Origin: a virus | Lineage: Duplodnaviria > Caudoviricetes | Virus record (IMG/VR): IMGVR_UViG_3300036785_000450 | Location: 1 to 62,593 of that record | Reading direction: 5' to 3' (one strand) | Length of the DNA stretch: 62,593 bases | In this document: piece by piece, positions 1 to 7,885 of the stretch | Numbering within the stretch: position 1 is the stretch's first letter | Layout: each line of letters opens with the position of its first letter | Notes under the pieces: generated by a model | Seen by the model: the letters and a program-made list of their open reading frames with translations, nothing else | Database searches by the model: none | What the model was told of the DNA's origin: nothing | Position numbers and translations under genes: made by a program

Positions 1-290
1 GGCCAGGGTGGGTGGGCAAGTCAGGTGCGAACCGGTGCGGGCCAGGCTGGGTAGTCAGGTAGGGCTGGGGCGGGGCGGGTTGGGATGTCAGGAGGGGGTA
101 GGGGGGGACAGGAGAGGCGGGGAACGGCTCGTCAGGTGCGGGAGGGATGGGGTGGGAGCGGGGCGGGTTGGGATGTCAGGGCAGGAGCGGAATGGAGGGG
201 GCGGGGTAGTCAGGAACGGCAAGGAACGGCGCAGCACGGGGTGGCATGGCTAGTCAGGTATGGGATGGGGCGGCTCGGGCAGGGTAGTCA
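1..290. repeat. Structured pentamer array: GTCA delimiter followed by 6 or 8 GGNNN pentamers; truncated by the window edge
   Basis: GTCA at 20, 54, 87, 131, 175, 209, 253, 287 (spacings 34, 33, 44, 44, 34, 44, 34); 45 of 48 intervening pentamers start with GG; no credible ORF. Confidence 0.9.
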
Positions 291-782
291 TTCGTTGGCG
301 CTGAGAAAAATCCCTGCGATCTCCTCTTCGGAAAACACATCACGAACCAGGGTGGTCTCGTCCGGGATACGGTTGATCATGGTCTCGATCCTGACCGCCT
401 TCAGGTTCATGGTCCGGGCTCGTCGTTTATACATCCTGGCGACGTATTTCAGATCGGACTTGGTCATGTCCCCGATCCGGCGCTGGGTGTGGGAGGCGTC
501 GACCTCTTCGGTCACGTCGAAGGCGGATCGGTGCAGGACAGAACGCCGTTGCCGGTTCTGGGACCGTAGCTGGCCGATGAGCGTCTTCAGGGCGTCCAGA
601 GCGACTTGGTCACTCCACTCGGTCCACAGTTCCGTCCGCTCCGTCCGTAGCTGCTCCCGGATCTCCACGGCCAGCACCCCGGTGTGGTATTGCGCCCCGG
701 CCCCCTCCACCGCCTCCTTGACGTGGTTGCGGATCTCCTCAAACACATCGAAGTAGTCGTCCGAGAAGGAGGATGTGCTCAT
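288..782 (-). CDS. Hypothetical helical protein; its stop codon is the first delimiter of the pentamer array
   Basis: 164-aa ORF with coding-like composition; TATCAT -10 box 8 nt upstream of the ATG. Confidence 0.8.
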   Translation of the reverse strand: MSTSSFSDDYFDVFEEIRNHVKEAVEGAGAQYHTGVLAVEIREQLRTERTELWTEWSDQVALDALKTLIGQLRSQNRQRRSVLHRSAFDVTEEVDASHTQRRIGDMTKSDLKYVARMYKRRARTMNLKAVRIETMINRIPDETTLVRDVFSEEEIAGIFLSANE

Positions 783-833
783 GGCCGGGGATGATACCAG
801 GGAAAATCCTGGCGGGTATCACCGCCAGCCTTT

Positions 834-1244
834 TCAGCTTTTGTCCCCGCCACCGCCTTGGATCAGCCGTAGCTGGCCGTCGATCAGGGTGTAACGGGCG
901 CCCTGGCGCAGATCCAGTTCATCCCAGTCGGGGTGCTCCTTGCGCCAGTGCAGGACCGCCTTCTGAGCCATCGGCACCGTCCACAGCACACCCGACCACA
1001 GCAGTCTCTGTCTCTCATCAACATCAGCTATCCCCATGAGGGTGCCGTGCACGTCGAAGGGAACGGCCGGATTGCGAAGGTGCTCTGGGAAGGTCGCGGC
1101 CACGTCCCGGCGGTACATCAGGTCGGTGGCAGTGGGGGGCCGGTAATGCTTGGGGTCGGCCTCGTACAGCTTCTGCTCCTGCTCCCGTATGATCTCCAGC
1201 AGCCCCGGGTACTTCTGCTCAATGTCGTCGGTGTCCTCAGCCAT
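834..1244 (-). CDS. Hypothetical protein
   Basis: 136-aa ORF, GAGGAG RBS. Confidence 0.75.
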   Translation of the reverse strand: MAEDTDDIEQKYPGLLEIIREQEQKLYEADPKHYRPPTATDLMYRRDVAATFPEHLRNPAVPFDVHGTLMGIADVDERQRLLWSGVLWTVPMAQKAVLHWRKEHPDWDELDLRQGARYTLIDGQLRLIQGGGGDKS

Positions 1245-1286
1245 GTCTCCTCGGTGTGGTAGCAGTGTTTTTTCTGCGGCCTGTGC

Positions 1287-1517
1287 TCATCCTGCCTGGA
1301 ACTCATCCACGCTGTGGGAGGCACTGATTTCAGGTCGGGCCAGGTGCCAGTGCGGAGGGACAGTGAAGGTACTGAACTGGGACAGGATGTGCTCCTGGAA
1401 GGCTTTGACAGCGGCCTGAGCCTCGGGCAGAGATTGGGCCTGGAAGGTAGCGGCGAGGGTGACGCTCAGGTCCACGCTGGTCAGGTAGGTCTTCGGTGCG
1501 GTGTTCTCTGTGCTCAC
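1287..1517 (-). CDS. Hypothetical protein
   Basis: 76-aa ORF, GAGGAG RBS, GTGA overlap with the upstream gene. Confidence 0.7.
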   Translation of the reverse strand: MSTENTAPKTYLTSVDLSVTLAATFQAQSLPEAQAAVKAFQEHILSQFSTFTVPPHWHLARPEISASHSVDEFQAG

Positions 1518-1930
1518 GTCGTCTCCTCGTCTGGCGGTGTGACACCGCTACGACGCAATATTCCTCTCGCCAGGTCCATGACATCGGGGAAGTACCGGAA
1601 GATCGGCCTCCACTCCAGCCATAGCACGGAGTACTCGACCGTCATGACGACCTGATCCATCTCCAGCAGCCTGAGGTAACCGCTCTGAGGACGGCCGTTA
1701 CCTCTACGGATCAGGGACACAGCGGCCCACAGCGGTCCCCGAGAGTCCAAGCTGCCCTGACGGAGCATGAAGCCGGAGGCCGACCGCATCATCTGCTCCC
1801 AGTAACCAGGACCGTAGTTGGTGTGCTGGCGCAACCAGGAACAGTCGCTCCAGCAGGCCCGGCCGTAGGCGGTGATGACGGGCTCCAGTACCAGGGGCAG
1901 ATCCTGGGCCTGCAACAACAGGATGCTCAT
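1514..1930 (-). CDS. Hypothetical protein
   Basis: 138-aa ORF, GGAGGAG RBS. Confidence 0.7.
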   Translation of the reverse strand: MSILLLQAQDLPLVLEPVITAYGRACWSDCSWLRQHTNYGPGYWEQMMRSASGFMLRQGSLDSRGPLWAAVSLIRRGNGRPQSGYLRLLEMDQVVMTVEYSVLWLEWRPIFRYFPDVMDLARGILRRSGVTPPDEETT

Positions 1931-2035
1931 GTAGCTCCTCCCTGTCGGCTCTCAGGCCAACCTGTAGGTGTTCAGCTTCTGTATCTCTGAACTGCGGCCA
2001 GTATGCCGGTCGTGTGCGGCCGCTGCAAGCCCCTG

Positions 2036-2182
2036 CTAGCTCTCGGTCGGCTCCTCAGGGAAGAGCTTGCCCCAGGAGTTGTCCCAGTCCTCCTGGGTGT
2101 CGAGCGGCTTGCCCATATCACAGAAGCCACAGTCAGGGTCGGTGCCGTCGCAGTACAGACAGTGTTCGGGTGCCTTGCCCAT
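2036..2182 (-). CDS. Small CxxC/CxxC zinc-finger-like protein (48 aa, MGKAPEHCLYCDGTDPDCGFCD...)
   Basis: Manually translated; below the ORF-track cutoff; starts directly after the tRNA 3' end. Confidence 0.55.
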   Translation of the reverse strand: MGKAPEHCLYCDGTDPDCGFCDMGKPLDTQEDWDNSWGKLFPEEPTES

Positions 2183-2183
2183 G

Positions 2184-2251
2184 CGCTAGGCCCAGGAGTC
2201 GAACCCGGCCCGACGGTTTTGGAGACCGTCTCCCGCCCAGCGGCGCCTAAC
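2184..2251 (-). tRNA. tRNA-Trp(CCA)-like gene with a shrunken D-loop
   Basis: Acceptor GTTAGGC/GCCTAGC plus G73; anticodon stem ACGGT/ACCGT with loop CTCCAAA; T-arm CCGGG-TTCGACT-CCTGG; D-stem CCGC/GCGG with a 3-nt loop; no encoded CCA. Confidence 0.7.
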
Positions 2252-2966
2252 CAGTGCCGGTCAGGATAGCACTTCTCTCAACTCCCGGTTATCTGTATTC
2301 ATGACGGCTCCAGCCGGTCGCTGCAACTGTATCGGAGCCAGATAGCCTGTCCGATTTGTCCCTACACCTGCGTTGACCTGCTGTTATACCCCCATTACCC
2401 CGTCAGAGCCCTCCCAGACCCCCCATGAACTGGTACTACGAGCCCGTACAGGTACTACACGCTCATCTCACCACCAATCGAGCGTGAGTCAGGTACTACT
2501 CCTCCCTCTCCCACCTACGTGAAAGTCAGTGCTGGTCCCTCCTCTGCCACCGTAGGTGGCTGATGGTGGGGGGTCGTTATGCACTGTTTGCTGGTCACAG
2601 CCTGTCCTATGCGGCTGTAGCTTGACGTAATGGCTGTTATCGGCTCAAACAACCGTTGCTACACAACGGTTTCTGCTACCAGGCTGGTGTGTTGAGCACA
2701 GTCAGTGCTCACTGCATGGCTATGCACTGGTTATGCAGTCATGTACTGCTCCTGACCGGTGCTGACTGATGTTGGTGACTGTCTGTGGTGGTGGCCCCAG
2801 GTACAACACCAGGGTCAGCCAGGCATGAGTTGGTCACCGATGGCTGTCTCAGTGACCTCTCTGGTGCTGGCATGCGACTGGATGCGTGCAGTGGCTCAGT
2901 CCCTGGTTCATGGGCTCAGCCCGTAGTAGTCCTGGGGAACAGGCGCAATCCGGCTACGGTCGGCAG

Positions 2967-3143
2967 ATGCAGGAGGAGGGCGAACACGCCGACAGCCACG
3001 AACGGCTGGAGCGATTGAGGGAGGCGTACGAGACAGCCCGGACCGACTACCGGGTGGCCCTGAGAGTCCACCTGGAGGAGGGGCACGATCTGGTCGTGGG
3101 CCGGAAAGACCCTGAGCGGGTACACCGTGAGACACATCGGTGA
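2967..3143 (+). CDS. Hypothetical protein
   Basis: Start re-called to the ATG 6 nt after a TACGGT -10 box (leaderless). Confidence 0.55.
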   Translation: MQEEGEHADSHERLERLREAYETARTDYRVALRVHLEEGHDLVVGRKDPERVHRETHR

Positions 3144-3153
3144 GGAGGCCGGA

Positions 3154-3249
3154 ATGGACGTCGTGATCCTGCTGCTGGCCCTGGTGCAGTTCCTGCTCGG
3201 GCTGTGGGTCGGGTGGTGGCTCTGCCGGTTGTCCCAGAACGACTCCTGA
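3154..3249 (+). CDS. Small membrane peptide (31 aa)
   Basis: GAGGAGG RBS; MDVVILLLALVQFLLGLWVGWWLCRLSQNDS is a single hydrophobic segment. Confidence 0.55.
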   Translation: MDVVILLLALVQFLLGLWVGWWLCRLSQNDS

Positions 3250-3342
3250 GGCCTCTGTGCGGTCACTGGCGGTCCCTGAGAGCAGAGAGCAGGGGGTGGC
3301 GCCATGTGGGCTCCTGGCGCCGTACAGGGGCCCCTGTGACAT

Positions 3343-3369
3343 GAAGAAGCCCCCCTGTCGAGGGGGGCT
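3343..3369 (-). terminator. Intrinsic terminator downstream of the SNF2 helicase
   Basis: AGCCCCCCT/AGGGGGGCT 9-bp stem with a 4-nt loop, followed by TCTTC on the minus strand. Confidence 0.65.
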
Positions 3370-3433
3370 CCTGTGCTGGCTTAGGTTGTCAGGACCGGGT
3401 AGGTCTTGGGGCGGGGTGGCAGGGGTGGTCAGG

Positions 3434-4927
3434 TCAGATCGTACCCTCCTCCCCCTGAGGGAAGCGGCCTTCGCCGTACTTGGACAGCAGGTGGGCCGCC
3501 AGGCGGTCCATCATCACCTTCTGGATGTCGGCCACCTCACCCTCGGCAATGGTGCCGTCGATGGCCGCTTTGAAGGTGTCCCACTTGGCTGCGATCAGGT
3601 CGGCCAGCCACACGTCCACCGTGCCAGGGACGACCAGGGTATGGGCGAACACGGCCTCGGCCTGGCGACCGATGCGGTTGATGCGATCCTCGGCCTGGGT
3701 GACGGCCCCAGGATGCCATGGGCTCTCCACGAACAGGCAGTCGGTGACGTTGTGCCCATTGCCCACCAGCGTGTGGCCGAAGCCGTGAGCCTTGAGCGAG
3801 CACACAATCACCTGGGCTGAGCCCTCATTGAAGCGGGCCTTGGCGACCTCGATGTCCTTGGCCCCCTTCAGGTAGATGGCCTCGATCCCGGCGGCGTTCA
3901 GGGCGTCGGTGATGCCCTGCTGGGTGGCGACGTGATCGGCCCAGACCACCAGCTTCTTGCCCGGGTTGTCAGCCAGGAAGTCGGTGATCCAGTCGACCGC
4001 AGCCGGGATCTTGCACTGGCTGACCGACAGCCGCAGGGCGTTCAGCAACTCCAGCATGAAGGACTGGTCGTTCTTGGCGACGAAGTTCTTCTCGACGTCC
4101 CAGTAGGGGTCGAGGTCACCGTTCAGGCTGAGGTCGACCTGCACCCGGTGAGTCTCGGACATGTCCAGCACCTCGTTGCGGAGGCGGCGGATCAGGAACT
4201 CATTCCTGGCCTTGTTGTTGAGCAGGTCGAGGCGGCTGGCCCCTTTGAACTCCCAGCCATGCCCGTTGTTCTTGGGGTCACAAAAAGTGAACATGAAAGA
4301 ATAGGCGTAGTCCCTCTCAGTGGGCTGAGCGGCCCGGGGGCGAGGGGCGATGTCTTCCAGCCGACCCATCATCTGAAGCTGGGTGACAAGCTCGACCGGC
4401 CGGTTCAGGATGGGGGTGCCGGTCAGCAGCAGCACCAGACCCTTGCGGCTGCGGACGTCGGCCGCGATCTTCAGGGCAGCCTTGGTCTGCTGCGCCTTGG
4501 GGTCCTTGACGTTGTGGCTCTCGTCCACGATGAGCGAGGTGAACCCCTCAGCCACCAGGGCGTCAGCCCACTTGGACAGCAGGTTGAAGGAGATGATTGC
4601 CACCTTGGCCGTCAACTCGTAGGGGCGGGTGCCGTTCAGCACCTGCACGTCCCACTCGGGGGCGAAACGGGCGATCTCTTTGGCCCAGTTGGCCTTGATC
4701 GAGGCCTTGACCACGATGAGCACCTTGGGGTCGAGGGAGTGGGCGGCGGCGTGGACCTTGGTGGTCACGATGGCCTGGGCCGTCTTGCCCAGGCCCTGCT
4801 CGTCACCGATGAGGCAGCCCTTGCCGTCGTTGGTCTGGAAGATGGAGTAAGCCACCCCCACATGCTGGAAGGGGAGGAGGTGCTGCCCGTCCGGGAGGTA
4901 GGAGTCGAAGTTGACGGTGGTAGCCAT
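3434..4927 (-). CDS. SNF2-family (SMARCAL1-like) helicase/translocase
   Basis: Motifs GDEQGLGKT, DESH, LTGTP, QAEDRINRIG; start re-called to MATT 7 nt after TACCAT. Confidence 0.93.
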   Translation of the reverse strand: MATTVNFDSYLPDGQHLLPFQHVGVAYSIFQTNDGKGCLIGDEQGLGKTAQAIVTTKVHAAAHSLDPKVLIVVKASIKANWAKEIARFAPEWDVQVLNGTRPYELTAKVAIISFNLLSKWADALVAEGFTSLIVDESHNVKDPKAQQTKAALKIAADVRSRKGLVLLLTGTPILNRPVELVTQLQMMGRLEDIAPRPRAAQPTERDYAYSFMFTFCDPKNNGHGWEFKGASRLDLLNNKARNEFLIRRLRNEVLDMSETHRVQVDLSLNGDLDPYWDVEKNFVAKNDQSFMLELLNALRLSVSQCKIPAAVDWITDFLADNPGKKLVVWADHVATQQGITDALNAAGIEAIYLKGAKDIEVAKARFNEGSAQVIVCSLKAHGFGHTLVGNGHNVTDCLFVESPWHPGAVTQAEDRINRIGRQAEAVFAHTLVVPGTVDVWLADLIAAKWDTFKAAIDGTIAEGEVADIQKVMMDRLAAHLLSKYGEGRFPQGEEGTI

Positions 4928-4979
4928 GTCCCCCATGGTAGCGGATGGCATGAGTGTGTGAACGTCAGCATGCGTGATT

Positions 4980-5135
4980 TCAAGCATTCCCTCCCTCCAA
5001 CAAGTCTCTGGCCTCTTCCTCGTCTAGCCCGTACTTCATGGCAAACTCCAAGACCGTGTCGTCCCAGAGGGATTCACACTTCCTCTCGTACTCGTCCTGT
5101 ACGTCAGCGATCTCTCTTCTGGTCGGCATCATCAT
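4980..5135 (-). CDS. Small acidic hypothetical protein (51 aa)
   Basis: Manually translated; ATGA overlap with the upstream gene. Confidence 0.55.
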   Translation of the reverse strand: MMMPTRREIADVQDEYERKCESLWDDTVLEFAMKYGLDEEEARDLLEGGNA

Positions 5136-6079
5136 GGCAGGATCTCGGCCAGCATCAGCACGAAGGCGGCGGGCAGATTCTCAGGCTTGCCGCACCGGCT
5201 CACGGCGTTCAGGACGGTGGCGATGTCAGCCTGGGCCAGGCCCGAGGCGTCAGTCGCCCCCAGGGCGGCTCCTGCCGCCTCACAGACCTTCACGGCCTCA
5301 GGGCTGACGTTCAGCTTGAAGGTGCGGGCGAAGGCCAGCACCTGGGGCGAGGGGTTGGCCGAGTTGGCGTACAGCGAGCGCACGAAGGCACGACCAGGCA
5401 GAGCCCGCACGGCGTCACTGGCGGGCTGCCCAGGAGCGGTCAGGGCGGTCTTGATCACGATGCGGCCATCGGTGCCCAGCCAGATCTGGTAGTCGACCTT
5501 GGGGGCAGCCGGGGTGACAGGAGTGGCAGTCAGCAGAGCCTGGGCGGCAGGCGAGATGGTGAAGTCGTGCTCATTCACGAACACCTCGACCTGGGGTGAG
5601 GCGTCGACCACGTTGACCCTGCGGTTGGCGTCCCAGCGGCGACCAGGCAGAGCCTGCACCAGGGGGAGGAAGGTGCTGAAGTCAGGGTCACCAGATGCCC
5701 AGCGGATGCCCAGGCGACCATCCGCCACGTCAATGGTGCGGGCGGCGAGGTGCTTGGCCCTCTTCTCATACGCCCTGGCGTCGTTGCGAGCGGCGTGGTT
5801 GGTGCTGCGGCTCACGGCCTCCTTCACCACGTCCAGAGTGGACACGTCAGTGCCCGTGTACCGGAGGATCTGCTCGCGGTACTTGTTGGCGATGCGGGCG
5901 CACTCAGCCTTGACGTCGTCAGTCCAGGCCGAGAAGGGGACAGAGGCGACACGGCGACCGTAGTGCGTGTCCTGCCCATCGAATCCCACGTAGTCGAGGG
6001 AGCGGGCACCGTCACAGTGGGCGGCGACGGCCACGATGCCCTGGTAGACCTGCTCATTCTGCTCTTCAGTGGTAGCCAT
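5132..6079 (-). CDS. Protein with two HARP-like repeats, resembling the N-terminal region of phage SNF2 helicases
   Basis: CDGA..D..GF..D N-terminal motif; VQALPGRRWD and VRALPGRAF repeats; leaderless TATCCT promoter. Confidence 0.65.
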   Translation of the reverse strand: MATTEEQNEQVYQGIVAVAAHCDGARSLDYVGFDGQDTHYGRRVASVPFSAWTDDVKAECARIANKYREQILRYTGTDVSTLDVVKEAVSRSTNHAARNDARAYEKRAKHLAARTIDVADGRLGIRWASGDPDFSTFLPLVQALPGRRWDANRRVNVVDASPQVEVFVNEHDFTISPAAQALLTATPVTPAAPKVDYQIWLGTDGRIVIKTALTAPGQPASDAVRALPGRAFVRSLYANSANPSPQVLAFARTFKLNVSPEAVKVCEAAGAALGATDASGLAQADIATVLNAVSRCGKPENLPAAFVLMLAEILP

Positions 6080-6227
6080 GGGGTCAGGATACCTGACGGG
6101 GACATGGATGTGTGGTCAGATGCATGTGTTTTCTTGGCTGACCCCAACTTATGCCGGGGGTGCCCTGATCTCGGAGTCCCACTGGGGTCACGCCTGTGAT
6201 GGTACCACAGCTACATGCTGTAGTGAG

Positions 6228-6261
6228 CAGCACCATGCCAGATTCCTCTGGCATGGTGCTG
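6228..6261. other. Perfect 15-bp inverted repeat (hairpin, terminator or operator)
   Basis: CAGCACCATGCCAGA-TTCC-TCTGGCATGGTGCTG. Confidence 0.6.
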
Positions 6262-6306
6262 GTATGGCTACCGTGCTCACTCCCACGGGACGTGGTGGTT
6301 CCTCCT

Positions 6307-6600
6307 TCACCAGTCCCAGCGGCTGACGGCCTCCCAGCGCTGCTGGCAGCAGAGCCGGTTGGCCTCGACCTCGACGGCCTCCTGCACCACGGTGTCGTAC
6401 ACCTCGCTGTGGCCCTTGCCGTCGGCCTGGTAGGCCACGTACTTGAGCCCCAGGCGGATGCGCTCAGGCAGGCTGGCCCTGGTCACCTGGCCCATGCGGA
6501 CCTCGGCCTCGACCATGCGGAGCACCCGCTGCACGGCGATGTCCCCCTCATCGGAGTACATGCCGTAGCGGGGGAAGTCACGCGACCAGCGCCTGGTCAT
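6307..6600 (-). CDS. Hypothetical protein
   Basis: MTRRWSRDFPRYGMYSDEGD...; TGATG coupling to the upstream gene. Confidence 0.7.
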   Translation of the reverse strand: MTRRWSRDFPRYGMYSDEGDIAVQRVLRMVEAEVRMGQVTRASLPERIRLGLKYVAYQADGKGHSEVYDTVVQEAVEVEANRLCCQQRWEAVSRWDW

Positions 6601-6863
6601 CAGAACGCCTCGACCTTGAGGGTGGTGAAGTTGGTGCCCTCCTGCCAGTCGGGGGCGGCGTGGCGGGGGCAGGCGACGGCGACGTGGATCTCCGGTGACT
6701 TGCCAGCTTGGCGATCCTCGGCGTAGACCCAAGTGTCCTGGGTCAGGCGGCGGGTGGCCCGGTTGAAGCAGCCACCACGACCGGTGGAGACGCAGCACTG
6801 GCGCCCCTCACGGCGGTTCTTCTCCGACCGCTCGTATTGCTCCTGGCTGATGCTGTAGCCCAT
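6600..6863 (-). CDS. Hypothetical Cys-containing protein
   Basis: 87 aa; TGATG coupling on both sides. Confidence 0.7.
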   Translation of the reverse strand: MGYSISQEQYERSEKNRREGRQCCVSTGRGGCFNRATRRLTQDTWVYAEDRQAGKSPEIHVAVACPRHAAPDWQEGTNFTTLKVEAF

Positions 6864-7093
6864 CAGACTGTCTCAGCGTTCAGCCGGTCGGCCTCTTCAG
6901 CCGCCTGGAGCAGTTGCAGGGCCAGCTTACGGGCATCAGCCGGGGTCCAGTACGTGTGGGAGAAGTCACTGGCGACGTACAGGCTGACCTTGGCAGAACC
7001 GTGCGGACAGTGGCGGGTGTCGTTGACCTCGGCCTTGGCGCACTCCTTGGCGTAGGTGCTGTTGTCAACGAAGAGGTCGCTGGGAATGGACAT
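6863..7093 (-). CDS. Hypothetical protein
   Basis: 76 aa, AAGGAG RBS. Confidence 0.7.
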   Translation of the reverse strand: MSIPSDLFVDNSTYAKECAKAEVNDTRHCPHGSAKVSLYVASDFSHTYWTPADARKLALQLLQAAEEADRLNAETV

Positions 7094-7128
7094 CGGGTGC
7101 TCCTTGGTGTGGTAGGTGGTCTAGAAGG

Positions 7129-7175
7129 ATGGTACCGCATCCACATGCCTGCGTGGTGGCAGGTATGTGGATTAT
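7129..7175 (-). promoter_or_regulatory. Early-type promoter with palindromic CATG operator
   Basis: ATCCACATGCCTGC/GCAGGTATGTGGAT inverted repeat (13 of 14 match); extended -10 TGCGG-TACCAT; resembles the 10405 and 12950 sites. Confidence 0.6.
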
Positions 7176-7176
7176 C

Positions 7177-7467
7177 TCAGAGGTTGTCGGCCCCGTGGTT
7201 GTGACCACCGCACTGGCACTCACAGTCAGGACCGGTGGCACCCGTGCAGCGAGCGTCGCACTTGCGGGCATCGGAGTAGCGGCCAGACACCCGCCGCCAG
7301 ACGTACAGCCCGCAGCCACAGCTACGGCAAGAGCGGTGAGCCTGGTGGCCTCCACCACGTACCGAGGTGAGGTAGAGGAACTCGGAGGCGTAACCGTCAC
7401 TGGCGATATCCTCGGCATGGCCCGTCTTGCACCTCGGGCACCTGGCGACGTAGCGGATCTCAGCCAT
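7177..7467 (-). CDS. Cys-rich zinc-binding protein
   Basis: CPRC, CRSCGC and KCDARCTGATGPDCECQCGGHNHG; TGATG coupling. Confidence 0.75.
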   Translation of the reverse strand: MAEIRYVARCPRCKTGHAEDIASDGYASEFLYLTSVRGGGHQAHRSCRSCGCGLYVWRRVSGRYSDARKCDARCTGATGPDCECQCGGHNHGADNL

Positions 7468-7784
7468 CAGACCGTCACCTCCACGATGACCTTGCCAGCC
7501 TCGATGGGCAGCAGCTTGGCCCCCAGGCGCAGGCAACGGGTCTTCACCAGGGAGGAGGCGGAATGGGCGTAGCCCACGATCTCGGTTCCCCTCACCAGGG
7601 CGTAGGGGGCACCGGAGCGGGTCTTCAGGATGACGGTGTGAACCGCCTTGGCAGGGACAGAGGGGTCGGTGTGCTCAGCACACTCGGCGTACACCTCACC
7701 ATTGCGACCGGTGAAGGTGGTGACGGCAGGCTTGCCGCACAGGCCAGTGGCGAAACGGACGGTGCAGGTGAGGTCGGTGGTCAC
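7467..7784 (-). CDS. Hypothetical protein
   Basis: 105 aa, GAGAGGA RBS, C/C/CxxH residues. Confidence 0.7.
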   Translation of the reverse strand: MTTDLTCTVRFATGLCGKPAVTTFTGRNGEVYAECAEHTDPSVPAKAVHTVILKTRSGAPYALVRGTEIVGYAHSASSLVKTRCLRLGAKLLPIEAGKVIVEVTV

Positions 7785-7817
7785 GGCAGATCCTCTCAGG
7801 TTGCGGTAGCTGGTGTC

Positions 7818-7868
7818 ACCTTACCGCATGACCACATGAGAGTGTGAGCACCCCCATGTGGTCATGCG
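7818..7868 (-). promoter_or_regulatory. Early-type promoter with a perfect 14-bp inverted repeat
   Basis: CGCATGACCACATG-N16-CATGTGGTCATGCG; minus-strand TGCGG-TAAGGT -10 box. Confidence 0.55.
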
Positions 7869-7885
7869 TCACAGCAATGTAGCGG

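Noticed and set aside
1-290. CRISPR array
   Set aside because: The constant part is only 4-6 nt, the intervening sequence is itself periodic, and no cas genes are present in the window.
8-756. Plus-strand ORFs 8-253 and 85-756
   Set aside because: These are Gly/Arg-rich translations of the G-rich array and of the antisense strand of 288-782; not protein-like.
2184-2251. Suppressor tRNA or genome-wide stop-codon recoding
   Set aside because: The anticodon is CCA (Trp), and genes end normally at TGA, TAG and TAA with coupled starts.
3154-3249. WVGWW shared with the C-terminus of the 53089 protein
   Set aside because: A five-residue match with different codons inside a hydrophobic peptide; likely chance.
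3932-5599. 555-aa plus-strand ORF
   Set aside because: Antisense shadow of the SNF2 and HARP-like genes, typical of high-GC DNA.
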